This document shows, in pieces, positions 24,213-37,429 of a DNA stretch of 64,000 nt. Source of the DNA: Octopus sinensis (lineage: Eukaryota); the NCBI RefSeq assembly GCF_006345805.1, contig NC_043004.1, forward strand, positions 34,720,001 to 34,784,000. The letters run 5' to 3'. The translations under genes were made by a program, and so were the position numbers. The first letter of the stretch is position 1. Each line of letters begins with the position of its first letter. The notes below the pieces were generated by a model. It did not search any database and was not told where the DNA came from. It saw only the letters and a program-made list of their open reading frames with translations.

Positions 24213-25904
24213 GAGTATATATGTTTGTTAAATAGATTTGCCTGTATGCATCTATTTAGTCATATAACAATGTATATAATTCTACGCATACACACACATA
24301 TAACAGTTATGACACCGTGGTGCCAACAACAACAACATAATCAGAGAACTCAATATGATTTCTAGAGTCACATATTTATTCAGGCAGAGTAAAGAATATT
24401 ATGACAATAGTTTCTCCATTCATTTCTTCACATTGTATGACTTTCTGGATCTAAGATTCCTTCAACAAGACGGCTGTAGGAACGCTTTTTTTTTTTATCT
24501 AATAATTGGTAAATATGACTTCTTCAGCTCTCGTGTTATTTACATACACAGGAATCAATCTCATTAGTTTACCGTTGAGTCATTCATACTTTCTTCTGGT
24601 TCATTGTATGGAAAGGAACGAGGAGATGGTGGTGGTGGTGGGGGATGAGTTGGTTAACTTGTGATTAGAGAGAAACGAACTAAACGTAATAACGAGTGTT
24701 GTGTATGCAGCAAGCAGGTTGAATAAAGACTGAAGACAACTGACTTGACGAGGAAGAGATTGAATATAAAACTCATTGATAAATATGTACAGGAAATATC
24801 TGTGCTGCAGGTATGGATGGAGTATATAATATGAAGAGATCCTACACACAACTTATAGAATTTCCTCTGTTTAGACGTGCAAGATAAAGAGAACGTACTA
24901 AGTGTAGGAAGATTTATAGAGTTGTGAATGGATCCTGATATTTCTTCTTAATTTTGATGATTAGGACAAAATACCATGACAAATAGATATTTGCTCCGTG
25001 ACTGTGTGTAGTAATAACATTGTCACATATAAACCTGAAATTTCAAGATGAATATTGAGAAATATTTAATGAACGGTATAAATGTGAATTTCTTTTCACC
25101 TTCAGAGTGGCTGATATGATATTGGAATAAATTTAGTCGTTTACCATCACAAGTTCCTGAATTATATTTGTTTTGAATAAAAACATTTAATTTACTTTTA
25201 TGTTCATAAACTGATTATTTTTCGAGGCAGTCTGGCTCACCTGATGTAACCTTGGACTATCAGTTCAAGAGTTCAACACTTGAGACCATTCCAATGTAAC
25301 ACTAAGCAAGACAAATATTATGTGCACCTAAGGTTACCTGGGAGCCTAAACTCAGAAAGTTAACTCTTAGAATTTGCAAGCTTTACCATTTAGCTGTTGA
25401 ACTGTGAAGTTACAGACAATCAGTTTATGCAGGAAGTAATTCATCATAAAGTTGCTGGGGACAAAATACTTACAATTAAACACAAATTGTTTGAATATAT
25501 GAAACCATGGTAATAGTTAATGCTTTAATTTTCTCTTACGTTATTTTCTCTTATTTGAGTTCTAATTGCACCCAGTTTGTATATTAATTGCCCGTTATTT
25601 ACAGAGAGAAATGTTGAGATCAGGTGTAAGAATGTTGAGCCTCAGACAGCTTGTTATGAAAGAGAATTAGGATATGAGAAATGGTGGCATAACAGAAAGG
25701 TGAATCTGTAGAATTGAAGAAATCAGGGTAAAAGGGACACGAAAATGAAGATGAAACAAACTGTCGCTCACACACACATGCATACATTCATGTATTCACA
25801 TGCATACATTCATGTATTCACATGCATACATGCATTCATAAGTAGAAAGCATAAAAGGGATTGATGTATACTTGTAATATATACCGTTTCAATAACATGG
25901 CAAA

Positions 25905-26110
25905 GCTGGTAGAATTGTTAGCATACAGGACAGGTTGTTTGGTGCCATTTTGTTTGCTTTTATATACTGAGTGCAAATTCTGTTGTGGCCAATTATGTCT
26001 TTCGTCCTTTGGGGTTGGCAAAATAAGTACTCGCTGAGAACTGAGGGTGATTAATCAACTTTGCTTTCCCCCACTCTAAATTGCTGGCCTTGTGCCAAAA
26101 TTTGAAGCCG
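25905..26110 (+). mobile_element. tRNA-derived SINE family C (diverged)
   Basis: 'aagctggtagaattgttagca..tgagtgcaaattc..aaataagtac'. Confidence 0.6.
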
Positions 26111-26700
26111 ATATATAGTTGCAAGGAAAGTGTGTCAGATCTTTATATTCTTTAAAAGGAAAATTTCAGGTCATATTATTCCAGATTTCCACTTAGCTAA
26201 GTTCCACACAGACAAAAAATAGATTTCATAAGAGTTGAGGCTGTATGAGAGAAACTATGAGAAATTAAAGTATGGATCAAATTCCTATCAGTGGCCATAC
26301 ACATGTATACACACACACAACACACACACACAATTTCCCCATGTCTGGCGAGAATAAATTAGCAATCAAGTCTCATATGTTGTATGTCATGCAGCTATAT
26401 TGAGGCAAAAAGCTTTGTACTACATTTGTATGCTTAATTTGAAAAGGTAAATTCGAAATATCTCTGTGATGCAATGCTTAACACGTTCACATAATTGGCA
26501 AATGATAGAAGGTTCATCTCATCTCAAAGAAATTGTTGACTGCTTTCCTTTTAAATTGTTCTTTACAAATGTAGGACATATTATAACATTTATATTTATA
26601 GAAACACACTTCTTAGTATAATTAATACACTATGAACATACATAAACACATACTCACACATATGTATACATAAATGTATGTGCATATATACATACATACA

Positions 26701-26734
<34 letters not shown>

Positions 26735-27705
26735 CATACATACATACATATATATATATATATATTATATACACATATATAATGTATGTATATATATTTA
26801 TATATATATATATATGTATATCTGTGCATCTGTGTGTATGTATATATATATATAGATATGTGTGCATATGTATGTATATCTATATGCATATACAAATATA
26901 GTTAGACATAGTTATGTGTGTGTGTGTGTGTGTGTGTATGCGTATGAAGAAGGTATTGGGTAATAAATCAATAGATCTAGCCTGTTTGAGCATTGAATAC
27001 AATGAACCAGTTGAGACAGTCAGTGATTGACTTTGTAGACAAAGATGGGGGGACAATGGATGGCAACAGTGAGAAGGGAAAAAGGTTGGGCGAAAACTAA
27101 TTAAAACAAATTAGTCTTAGAGAATACAATAACAGACAGCTGCAGTGTAATATAATAGGCAAACTGTTTTAAACTCTTTGGGAAGGATTGTTGATGGAAG
27201 TGGGGTGCCGTTGTTATGATGAACGAGAGAGAAAGAGTTATTAGTTGGGGTGTATGATGCCATGATGTTGCCTCTTTGTCATTATCAATGTTACAAAGAA
27301 TATTTCCAATATTAACATCAAGACTCAGAAGCAATGATAGCAATGTTGCATCACTGCTGGGAGCTGTTTCCAAACCTTCTGAAACGTTAGATATATATAT
27401 GTGTGTATGTATGTGTGTGATAAAGAGAGAGAGAGAGAGAGGGTGAGAGAGAGAGAGAGATGTAGGATTTTAACCGAGAACTATAAGATCCAAGACACCC
27501 CCCCCATACCTTCCTTAATTTATCTTGTTCAGTATTCTAAGAACTTCACCAGTCTTGCACCTGACATTTGTAATTTGTAATCACTGATGGCCTGAAAGGT
27601 AAGGTGGAGCTGGGTGGGATTCGAACATTACAGCAGACATTCTAATGTAGACATTACATCAGACATTAGTAATCCCTCTACTAATTCAGTGCTGTAGTCC
27701 TCCTC

Positions 27706-27720
27706 CTCCTCCTCCTCCTC

Positions 27721-27772
<52 letters not shown>

Positions 27773-27782
27773 CACCACCACC
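27706..27782. repeat. (CCT)(CTA)(CCA)n compound trinucleotide repeat
   Basis: Directly visible. Confidence 0.95.
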
Positions 27783-28189
27783 AAAACACTAAATGGCAGG
27801 ATTTTAACTCGGTGTGCAGGTAGGTAGCTGAAACAAACATTGTAAGTCAATCTATCTGATGCTTTAACAACGAGACCAATTCACTGTTGCTGTACCCCTA
27901 ATACTATTGATACCACCATCACCACTACCACCACCAACACCCCCACCATCACCACCAACACTACCAACATCAACATCTAATAGTTACCAGAAAGCATCCC
28001 AGTTATGCAAACAGTGGCGTTCGTTTGCAATCTTCCATGAAAACATGTCCGGCCATTGTGCACTTCATGTTCAAAGGGCTGGAAAAAAATGTTACCTTGC
28101 TTGGAAACAGGGGAAGGTTAGTGACAGGAAAGGCATCCATACTGTCAAAATTTATAAAAATTTCCATAAGTTTAGCATTGAGTATATAT

Positions 28190-28450
28190 GTGCATGTCTC
28201 GACATGCAACTCATGAAGATAACTATGAGCATCTGCTTCGAAACCTCCAGCTTCCACATCCAGATTACCAGTTTACATTTAAACCCATTATAATTGGATT
28301 ACTTGGTTTTATAAGTAAATGCCTAACTCCTAGTCTGGAGCCCAAGCTAAGATTTTCAGAAAAAGAAATCAACCAATTCACACATTACAAATAAAATCTG
28401 TAAGCAGAACAGTAAAATTATGCGAAACTTTTCTCAGGTTTAAAAAGTGA
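28190..28450 (+). pseudogene. RLE-type non-LTR C-terminus (similar to 3466-3760)
   Basis: EDNYEHLLRNLQLPHPDYQFTFKPIIIGLLGFISKCL..FLRFKK*. Confidence 0.7.
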
Positions 28451-29070
28451 CATTGTTTTCGTGATCTACATTCTAATGATAGAACCTTGTATCTTTATTA
28501 GAAGCCAGCTCCTTCTTCAGAGGAAGAATTCAAATGATTAAATACAGAAGAAACAAACACATAAGCAATATTTGTTAAGTGTCTACGTTTTGGTTCAAGT
28601 TAAATATATCCATTCATTAATTCGAAAATGTATTCAAAACCTATTGAAAAATGTTTGTCAAAAACACCTTCATTATATTCCAAATAACATATTTAATTTT
28701 GAAATTATTCTATTTCAAAGAATTTCATTCAGCTGAGTAACTTTGTATATTTAATAGAGCTATTGTTGAAGAAGTGTCACTTTTGATGAGATTATCATTA
28801 TTATTAATGATAAATATCATTGTCCAGGTAATGACATCAGATCTAAGTTAACCTTTAATGGATTTCTTGAAAAAGGAAAAATTATTAGCTCCTTAGATTT
28901 AATTTTCAAATAAAATTAACATTAATGAATTTGAGTTCTCAGTATATTATATATAGGTATTTTAAACTAACAACCACCACTACCATCATCATCATCATTA
29001 TTTAACATCCATTTTCCATGCCAACATGTGTTGAATTATATGTGTGTGTGTGTGTGTGTGTGTGCATATA

Positions 29071-29270
29071 TTAGGTCATCCCATAAATAATGCAGTTTTT
29101 TTATACTTCTATTATTTTTCAAAATTAAGATAAACAATGTTCTTTTTTAATCCAAAATATACTCTCCTTCATTCTCTACATTGGTCTTCCATCTATCTAA
29201 ATTCACTTGTCCCTGATGAAAAATACTTCTCCAGTACTATTCTGACCTCATCTACAGAATTCATCCATGC
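29071..29270 (-). mobile_element. Mariner transposon 3' end (TIR + transposase C-terminus)
   Basis: TA followed by TTAGGTCATCCCATAAATAATG terminus; minus strand NSVDEVRIVLEKYFSSGTSEF. Confidence 0.75.
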
Positions 29271-29337
29271 ATGTATGCATGCATGAATTCTGTAGATGTA
29301 CATACATACATGCATGTATGTATGTATGCATGTGTGT

Positions 29338-29652
29338 ACGTTGGCACGTAAAAAGCACCATCCGTTCGTGTCCGTTGCCAGCCTCGCCTGGCCCTCGTGC
29401 CGGTGGCACATAAAAAGCACCATCCGTTCGTGGCTGTTTGCCAGCTCTGTCTGGCACTTGTGCGGGTGGCACGTAAAAAGCACCTACTATACTCACGGAG
29501 TGGTTGGCGTTAGGAAGGGCATCCAGCCGTAGAAACACTGCCAGATTTGACTGGGCCTGATGAAGCCTTCTGGCTTCACAGACCCCAGTAGAACCGTTCA
29601 ACCCATGCTAGCATGGAAAACGGATGCTAAACGATGATGATGATGATGATGA
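29338..29652 (+). mobile_element. SINE-like family A (young, three internal modules)
   Basis: Three ggcac(g/a)taaaaagcacc modules, CpGs retained, (GAT)n tail. Confidence 0.85.
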
Positions 29653-29723
29653 TATATATATATAAATATATATATACATTATTTATATTTGACAGATATT
29701 TGTCCTCATCTTGTTTATTGTTA

Positions 29724-29769
29724 ACACAACGTTTCAGCTGATATATACCCTCCAGCTTTCGTCAGGTAT
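29724..29769 (-). ncRNA. Minimal type I hammerhead (dimer type, intact core)
   Basis: Minus: ATAC-CTGACGA-A-AGCTG-GAGGGTATATAT-CAGCT-GAAA-CGTT/GTGT; palindromic AACGTT. Confidence 0.75.
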
Positions 29770-29902
29770 ATGGTGTAGTGGGTAAGAGCATGGGCTACTA
29801 ACCCCAAGATTCCGAGTTCAATTCCTGGCATTGACTTTAATAATAATAACAACATCAAAAAATACCTTAGAAATGAGAAGCCAGGTTCGAAATTTTCCCC
29901 AA

Positions 29903-29948
29903 GACACCTGATGAAGGCTGGAGGGTATATCAGCTAAAACGTTGTGTT
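29903..29948 (+). ncRNA. Minimal type I hammerhead with G12A mutation
   Basis: GACAC-CTGATGA-A-GGCTG-GAGGGTATAT-CAGCT-AAAA-CGTT/GTGTT. Confidence 0.7.
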
Positions 29949-30044
29949 AATAATAAAGAAGATGAGGACAAATACTCGTCAAATGTATATAATGTAAATG
30001 ATGTACATAATTCCTCATCTTTTAAATATAGAACAATATATATA

Positions 30045-30090
<46 letters not shown>

Positions 30091-30093
<3 letters not shown>

Positions 30094-30370
30094 GATGTGG
30101 TGAATAAATTCTCATCTAAATTATGCAAAAATGAAAATAACACTGACATCTCATTTTAACAGCTGTATGTACTAAACTTACATAAAAATATCTTGAAATA
30201 TCAAAGAGAAAAATCATTCAATAAAATTGCCGTTGGCTTCAACCATGGCTTCCAGACGACTTTGGAATTTCCTACAACTCTTATGGACAGTCTCCTTGTT
30301 TAAGTTGGTGAATGCTGCCATAATCTATGCTTTCAGTTCATTTTTGGTGTTACAAAGAGGTTCTGGATTT
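30091..30370 (-). mobile_element. Tc1/mariner DD37D (maT-type) 3' end fragment
   Basis: Reverse complement aligns with 50490-50753, including the terminus. Confidence 0.8.
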
Positions 30371-32540
30371 ACGGTTTGAGGCTTTGGGTCCAGGCACATC
30401 CTTAGTAACCAAGGATCTGGGTGTGTCCCTATTAACTGATTCATTATTGGGGTTAATATGTGTTATACCATTATGGTTATAGAGAGATAATCTGCCATCA
30501 GCCACCTTTTGCCCTTAATATTCAAAGTACACTGCTAACGTTGGTTTTTACTGCTTTAGAGAAGCACTTTCCTACGTCTAGCAAGTATAGGAATATCCCT
30601 CTCCCCATTCTGTTATCATACTCCACAACAAAGCTGATGGTATACATAGGATTAATGACTTATCGATCCATCTAAGGACAGATACACAACACCCCATCAT
30701 ATACAACAATCCAGAAACCATCATTAAATTGCTAAGTCAACTGAGAAACCTGTATATCAATACAAGGTCCATTTCACACGCTATCCAAGAAAAAGTATAT
30801 CAGTTTGTTGCAGATCATGCTCACGGTAACCTTCCGAATGAGAACAACATCACTAAGACTGACCAGAACTTCGGTAATTCAACCAATCCAGCGTGTTATA
30901 TGACTGATGGTGCCTTTGGTGAAGGCAGTAATGGCCTCTAGCACATCAACCTGAACCACAAACAGATTATGACCATTGATTCAATACTGATTCCAGTTTC
31001 CACTTGCCCTTTTCTTTGTTCTCTCTGCAAACCTGGCCTTTTTTCTTTTGGCATACTCCATCAAAGTAGACTACTTGCATTGGAACAATCACATGTACCC
31101 AATGAAAACATACACCATGTAGCAATGAGACATTTATAATATTATGTAAGTTGCATCCAGTGTGTTTTTGAAACAGCTGTAGTACCTGACTACCTCTACT
31201 ATTCCTTTTATTGTTGCATTAGAAGCAACATTTGTTGCTTTTGAGAGAGTTGTAAATCACTTTACAACACATCAGAATTTTTTCTTTCTAGTTTCAGTAT
31301 GGGGCAAACTGTATTTGATGCATTCATCAATATATTTTATTGATCAATTATTGAGTCATTTGTTGTTTCTATACAAGCCTTCCTCATGCTACGGACCAAC
31401 CAACTGCATTTCACCCCAATCACTTACCTGATCCTACTGCATTATCATTATTATATATAAATGTTTATATACATATATATATATAAATACACACACACAC
31501 ACCTGTTCCCATTATGTCCATCATATTATTAATCTAAATAAACTTTATTTATCATACTGTTTTTACTAACACTTAACCTAAATATTTAAGCCACAATATC
31601 CGTTTCTATTCATATCTCTATCTCCAGGTTACTGCTATTACCAAGGACATTACCATTATTTTATAGAATTACAAACATATAAGAGCCAAGAGCAAAGACT
31701 TAGTGGGTGTGGATTAGCAGTGTTGAATAAATCTGAGTCGAATTATACTATAAACATTAAACTGGATATTAACTCTTCGTCATATCAAAAGAAATGCCTT
31801 GTTTTAACACAAAGGCAGCAAGCTGAGTTGTTCAAATGCACTGTACGATGAGAGACTGGCCATTGTGTGATGGTCTCTGATTAATCCCACAATATCTTTG
31901 TTGAAATAAATCTCACAAATACATTCTAAGAAATGAAAATCAATATTGATTAATCATTTGATTATTGTACCCTGACAGTTTTAAGTAATTAGTAACAGTG
32001 TTGTACTTGACTGAGCTGATAAGATGTCTGGCTACCAAAGTCTGGGAGTTTTGCAAACCTGTTAAACTGAATTCAAGTCCGATAAGGAGCCAATCAAAAA
32101 TAACTGAAACCAAATAACAAATATAACAATGTGATTCACAATGATGGGGTCCCAAGATTAATTCTTCCTTGTAATGCTTCGGCAAGAGTTTTCTACTATA
32201 GCTACTGATTGGCCAATAATTTGAAAATGAACCTGTGCTGAAGCCTACCATATTTCTATCTGTATTTGAAACCACCATCACCACCATTACCAAGATTAAT
32301 AGCCAGTCTGACTATAGTCATAGGAAATGCTGTACTATTTGAAGTGATTTTATTTCCTCTGCTGGTTTCTGATTCCAGCTGCTAAGACCAAACAGAAGGT
32401 CCAGTCTCCTCCTCCTCCTCGTCTGCTTTGGCATGGTTTCTACAATCAGAGGTCCTTCCTTATGCCACCCACTTCCCAGAGCAGAGTGTACTGGATGCCT
32501 TTAAGTCATAAGTCTGTATCTAAGATAGAAGTTACCTCAA

Positions 32541-32932
32541 TCTCTTTATATATAAAGCTGAAGTTGTCTGTGTATGGCAGGTTTGGTAGCCTTCAACTAA
32601 CACTATCACCTCCAAAATCCTGCAGCGCAAGTTGACCAAAATTGAAAGTATGATAGAAGAAGGCTTGCTCTTCCTTCCCTAGAAGAAAAAATTAAAATCA
32701 GACCGTGTTAGCACCAAAAATTATTTACATCAAAAGGTGCTTTTTTTTCTATGAAAATCCCAATTTTTTACGATTTTTTTACTGCTGTGTCGCCATTTTT
32801 CGGTGTATTTCAACCAGAAAAATATTCACTTAAAGAGAATAACAAGCTACATAATGCAAAATTTTTACTTTTCAAAAATTCTAATTCTAAAGGGTTGAAA
32901 CAAACCTGAGCAACGCTGGGCGATACTGCTAG
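32541..32932 (+). mobile_element. Non-autonomous Helitron
   Basis: A|TC 5' end at 32541; subterminal hairpin cctgagc-aac-gctggg (32905-32920); CTAG|T 3' end; no TSD. Confidence 0.8.
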
Positions 32933-33369
32933 TTAATCCTAAAACTAAACGAATAGGAACAGCGTATTTGTCTTTACAATCAAGTATTTTCCTTTCTTTG
33001 GACATGCCCAAGCCAAAGGTGCTTATTTATGCTAAAATCTCAGCTTTATTACAGAGTTTGGTTTCTCTTGAAAATAAGTGTTACTGATCTTGTCTTTCCT
33101 TGTGTTCTTCAAGATTTCTCACAGGTGTTTCATCAGCAACTGCTGACAGTTTTCATTAATCGTTTTTGTATATCACCAATGCTCCTGGTCCATGCAATAC
33201 CTTTGAAAATTCTCTTGAATAATATACTTTGCACTTCACACGAACCAACAAAGAACTATTGTTTCATAAATTCAATCCCAATCTTCCAAATGTTCAGCTG
33301 GGATTGTTCTTCCTGTGATCTAGTTTGTCCCCAGTCATGCAGTCATTACTGATTATGCTGTAAAGTGAT

Positions 33370-33750
33370 CACCATCATCATCATCTTTGTTTAAACGTCC
33401 ATTTTCCATGCTCGCTTGGGTTGGACAGTTTGACAGAAAACTGGCAAGCCAGGGAGCTGCGCCAAGTTCGACTCTGATTTGGCAAGGTTTCTATGGCTGG
33501 ATGCCCTTCCTAATGCCAACCACTGCAAGAGTACAGTGGGTGTCTTTTACATGATGCTGGCACAGATGCCATTGACCTGACACCATGACTACGGTCTCAC
33601 TTGTCTTGATAGGTCAACACGAGCACAGTATATCACCAAGGGCTTTGGTCACTTATCACTGCCTCCATGGGGCCCAACACTCAAATGGTACTTTTTATGT
33701 GCCACCAGAATGAGTGCCAATCAGGTAGCACTGGCATCGGCCACGACAAT
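33370..33750 (-). mobile_element. SINE-like family A (diverged)
   Basis: 'aacgtccattttccatgc..ctatggctggatgcccttcctaatgccaaccac'. Confidence 0.7.
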
Positions 33751-33949
33751 GATTTCTCTCATTTCGACAGGTCTTCACAAGCTCAACATAACACCCAACG
33801 ATTGAAGGGTGTTTTTAAGGGGGGGGGGGGCAGTTACACAACACTAGCATAAATTGTCAAAACCAGCCATTAATTATGGGTCTACGGTGTGCCACTTAGC
33901 CTTCAGAGTTATCAGATAATCTTTATTAGTTCCAGTACCATGAAATAGT

Positions 33950-34125
33950 ACCCAATATACTCCGTGCCATGTCCAGCATATTAGGAGGACCATCCAGCAG
34001 TAGAAAACAAGCCAAAGAGGATACTGGAACATCATGCAGTTCTCCAGCTCATCAGATTCTGTTAAGCCATGAAGACAAGGAAGCTGGTTGTTAAATGAGG
34101 CTGATGGTGATGAGGATGATGATGC
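33950..34125 (+). mobile_element. SINE-like family A (old)
   Basis: 'ttaggaggaccatccagcagtagaaaac..gttaaatga..gatgatgat'. Confidence 0.55.
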
Positions 34126-34436
34126 ATTACTCTCTCGATACATATGTATCAATTCTCTGACACGATGTGCAAGAGAGAGTGCATCCACATGTACACACAC
34201 ACCGCACACACATTCAGGCACACACACACACACACATTCTTGTTATGAATATTACATTGAAGTAATAATATATTGGAGTTCTATAACATGTTAAAGAATT
34301 GAGCTTTTAAAGTCAGTCGATATATTTTATATGGTGCTTAAGGTCTATAAAATATATATTAAATACATAATGTGTGTGGATATATATGTATATGTCTATA
34401 TATATATATGTATACATACATGAAACACATACATAT

Positions 34437-34473
<37 letters not shown>

Positions 34474-34528
34474 CATATATATACATATAGACATACTTAT
34501 ATACATATAAATGTATATATATATATGC

Positions 34529-34579
<51 letters not shown>

Positions 34580-35501
34580 CACACACACATACATGCACAT
34601 ACATGCACACACACATGCATACATATACATGTGTATGTAACAGTTCACTGACCTGATTCAAATAAATGTATGTTCAAATATGTATGTATGTGTGTCTGTG
34701 TGTGAATGTGTGTATTATGTTTTATGGATGTATTTGCATGCATGCATGCTTATATTTTTCTCTATATATCAATGAAGGATGTAAACATCAGCAAAAAAAT
34801 AAATAAAATATCTCCCTACCAAAAATAAACCACACACACAAACCGATAGTCTTTGATTCCCAGAGTCCAATGAGTTAGAGCGGGCCCCTTGTCTCAATGA
34901 CAATCAGAAATTCAGTGAACTTGTGATTGGTCAGTTGAAAACCAGTAAACAATGACTCCCTTTGTCTTCACACCCACAGATACACACCTACACATATGCA
35001 TATGAAAGAAAGAAAAGGGGGCGTAGATATTCCATAAGAGAAAGCAATAGAATTCTAATAACCCAAACTCAAAAGACACTTTTGATAAACTATCAGTGAA
35101 TTTTGCAAAGCAAAGATTTGTTGAGCAAAATGAAAACAGAATAAGCACAATACATTTTGATATCATTTCTAAGTTTAGGCTGCAAACAGATAGTAAGCTA
35201 CTTTAGTACATCAACTATCTTTTATCAACTGAGAGGCACTCATTGTGTTATCAAACAAAGCAATTTATAAACAGACAATATAATTGAAATTAGATAAATT
35301 TTTCGTGAGACAATAATAACTTCGACAGATAAAGATTTTCATAATGGATTATAATTTATGGAAAGATGAAAACATTTGTCAACAGACTATAGGCCTTGCA
35401 CTTCTGACACAACATACTTTCAGAATGACTAAATTAAAACTAAATTCCAACTATTCCTTCTCCAGCATTCTACCAACAAATATTATTGTTATTATTATTA
35501 C

Positions 35502-35556
<55 letters not shown>

Positions 35557-35890
35557 GATTTTAATCTTTAAAGAGAAAGGAAAACAATTGCAAAGTGTAA
35601 GGAGACCTCCTGTGTATTCCTCTCAGTTAATAGCAAATAGTAGTTGTGACAAATTACATTTTGCTCGAAAAGAAATGATGAAATTAATTTTAATTCTGAA
35701 CATATATTGTAATTAATGGAAAGCCAATTGAAATTTGGAAAGATTAGCTAGGATAATGTTTAGAATTTAGATAATGTAAGGAAGTAAAATTTAATTTTAC
35801 TGTGATGAGAACAAAAGTACTGCTCTGTGGAGGTAACATTGTTTAGTAGTACAGCACAGCACAAACTCATATCATGCATTAGTACAACTT

Positions 35891-36020
35891 TGTGTGTGCG
35901 TGTGTGTGAGTGTGTGTGCGTGTGTGTGAGTGTGTGTGCGTGTGTGTGAGTGTGTGTGCGTGTGTGTGAGTGTGTGTGCGTGTGTGAGTGTGTGTGCGTG
36001 CGTGTGAGTGTGTGTGTGTG
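35891..36020. repeat. 20-bp GT-rich minisatellite (gtgtgtgtgcgtgtgtgtga)n
   Basis: Directly visible. Confidence 0.9.
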
Positions 36021-36384
36021 CTCGTATGTATACACAAACACACACACACATATAAAGTATATGCTCTTGTGGTTTATTTAAAACATTATATGTTTTAACT
36101 AATAAGGAATAGCATTATATATGTAAATATGTGTGCATGTGTGTGTTTGTGTGTATGTATATATATATGTATATCTCTCTCTCTCTCTCTCTGTTTATAT
36201 ATATATATATATATATATGCTCACACACACATACAAGACATCGTAAAAAAGAATGGAGAATTATACATCTTCAAAACTCGTTTATTACAGTATTATTCTT
36301 ATTAAATTCACATTAGATTCCAATCCAACATGCAAATAAGGTACCCTTCATTGCATTGATTCTGGCAGGCTTTGGTTTTGTCGT

Positions 36385-36560
36385 GTCAATCTCTTCCTTC
36401 ACCGATTCCTGGAAGAATCACTACTTGGTTGCTATTAATGACCAAAATATATTTCACAATAACTTCTTTTATTCAGTTGCCTCTTGTGTTCCTCAAAATA
36501 GTTTGGCTTTGTGACCCTGCTACTTTCGCTATGCCCTCTTCCTCTTTAATCTGCTGAATC
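36385..36560 (+). pseudogene. CR1/L2/Jockey-type RT fragment
   Basis: VAINDQ..SVASCVPQNS, resembling the 'SGVPQGSVLGPLLF' motif; heavily decayed. Confidence 0.45.
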
Positions 36561-36964
36561 TCCCTCATAACAATATCCCACCTGCCATTTTTATTTCTAT
36601 GTTTTCATAACGCTACAACCCATGTATGTTGCACAGCTTCTATTAGAAGCTACCTTCATGACATATTTAAAATCTGCCATGCCATCTTCTCTCCTAAGGC
36701 TCTATTTTGTTCCCCTGCTGTCACCTATTGGCTGGGTTTCAGTAAACAACTCACAAAAGTAAACAGCAGATGTGACAACAAACTTTTACTGCTTTGAGCT
36801 CATATGTTAACGGATGCTAAACAGCACTAAACAGGTTAATTCTAGTGCTGTGTATGATCAAGCCTCTTTGGTAGGAATTTGCTTGCAAACTTTTTCTTAT
36901 TTACATATGATGTGAATACAGCTTTTATATTTCTAAATTTGTGTTTATTCAGAAACTAGAAAGC

Positions 36965-37236
36965 CATCCTCATCTTCATCATCATCATCATCATCATCGT
37001 TTAACGTCCGTTTTCCGTGCTAGCACGGGTTGGACGGTTCGACCGGGGTCTGGGAAGCCAGGAGGCTGCACCAGGCTCCAGTCTGATCTGGCAGTGTTTC
37101 TACAGCTGGATGCCCTTCCTAATGCCAACCACTCCGAGAGTGTAGTGGGTGCTTTTTACGTGCCACCAGCACAGGTGCCAGGGGAGTCTGGCAGCGGCCA
37201 CGATTGGTTGGTGCTTTTTACGTGCCACCGGCATCA
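36965..37236 (-). mobile_element. SINE-like family A (young)
   Basis: (ATC)n tail, CpG-rich body. Confidence 0.85.
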
Positions 37237-37429
37237 TTTAATGACTGTCTTCTATGTTGGCATGGATGGAATGGCTCAATGGAGTTGAAAGGCTGCATTG
37301 CATTGCTTTATCATGGTTTTTATTGTTGGATGCTCTTCTCATGGCACTCTGCCGGTTATGACGATGAGGGTTCCAGTTGATCCGATCAACGGAACAGCCT
37401 GCTTGTAAAAATAATGTGCAAGTAACTGT

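Larger units (their letters stand above)
29675..30037 (+). mobile_element. tRNA-headed, hammerhead-bearing short element with an inverted 5' copy of its 3' part
   Basis: Inverted arms 29675-29767 and 29906-29996; A box 29771-29781, B box 29816-29825; (TA)n on both flanks. Confidence 0.7.

Noticed and set aside
24300-24900. CpG-retaining block with AATAAA as a possible solo LTR
   Set aside because: No clear TG..CA ends, TSD or second copy in the window.
29338-29490. Repeat-spacer pattern as a CRISPR array
   Set aside because: Eukaryotic context, only 2-3 units, part of a dispersed SINE-like family, no cas genes.
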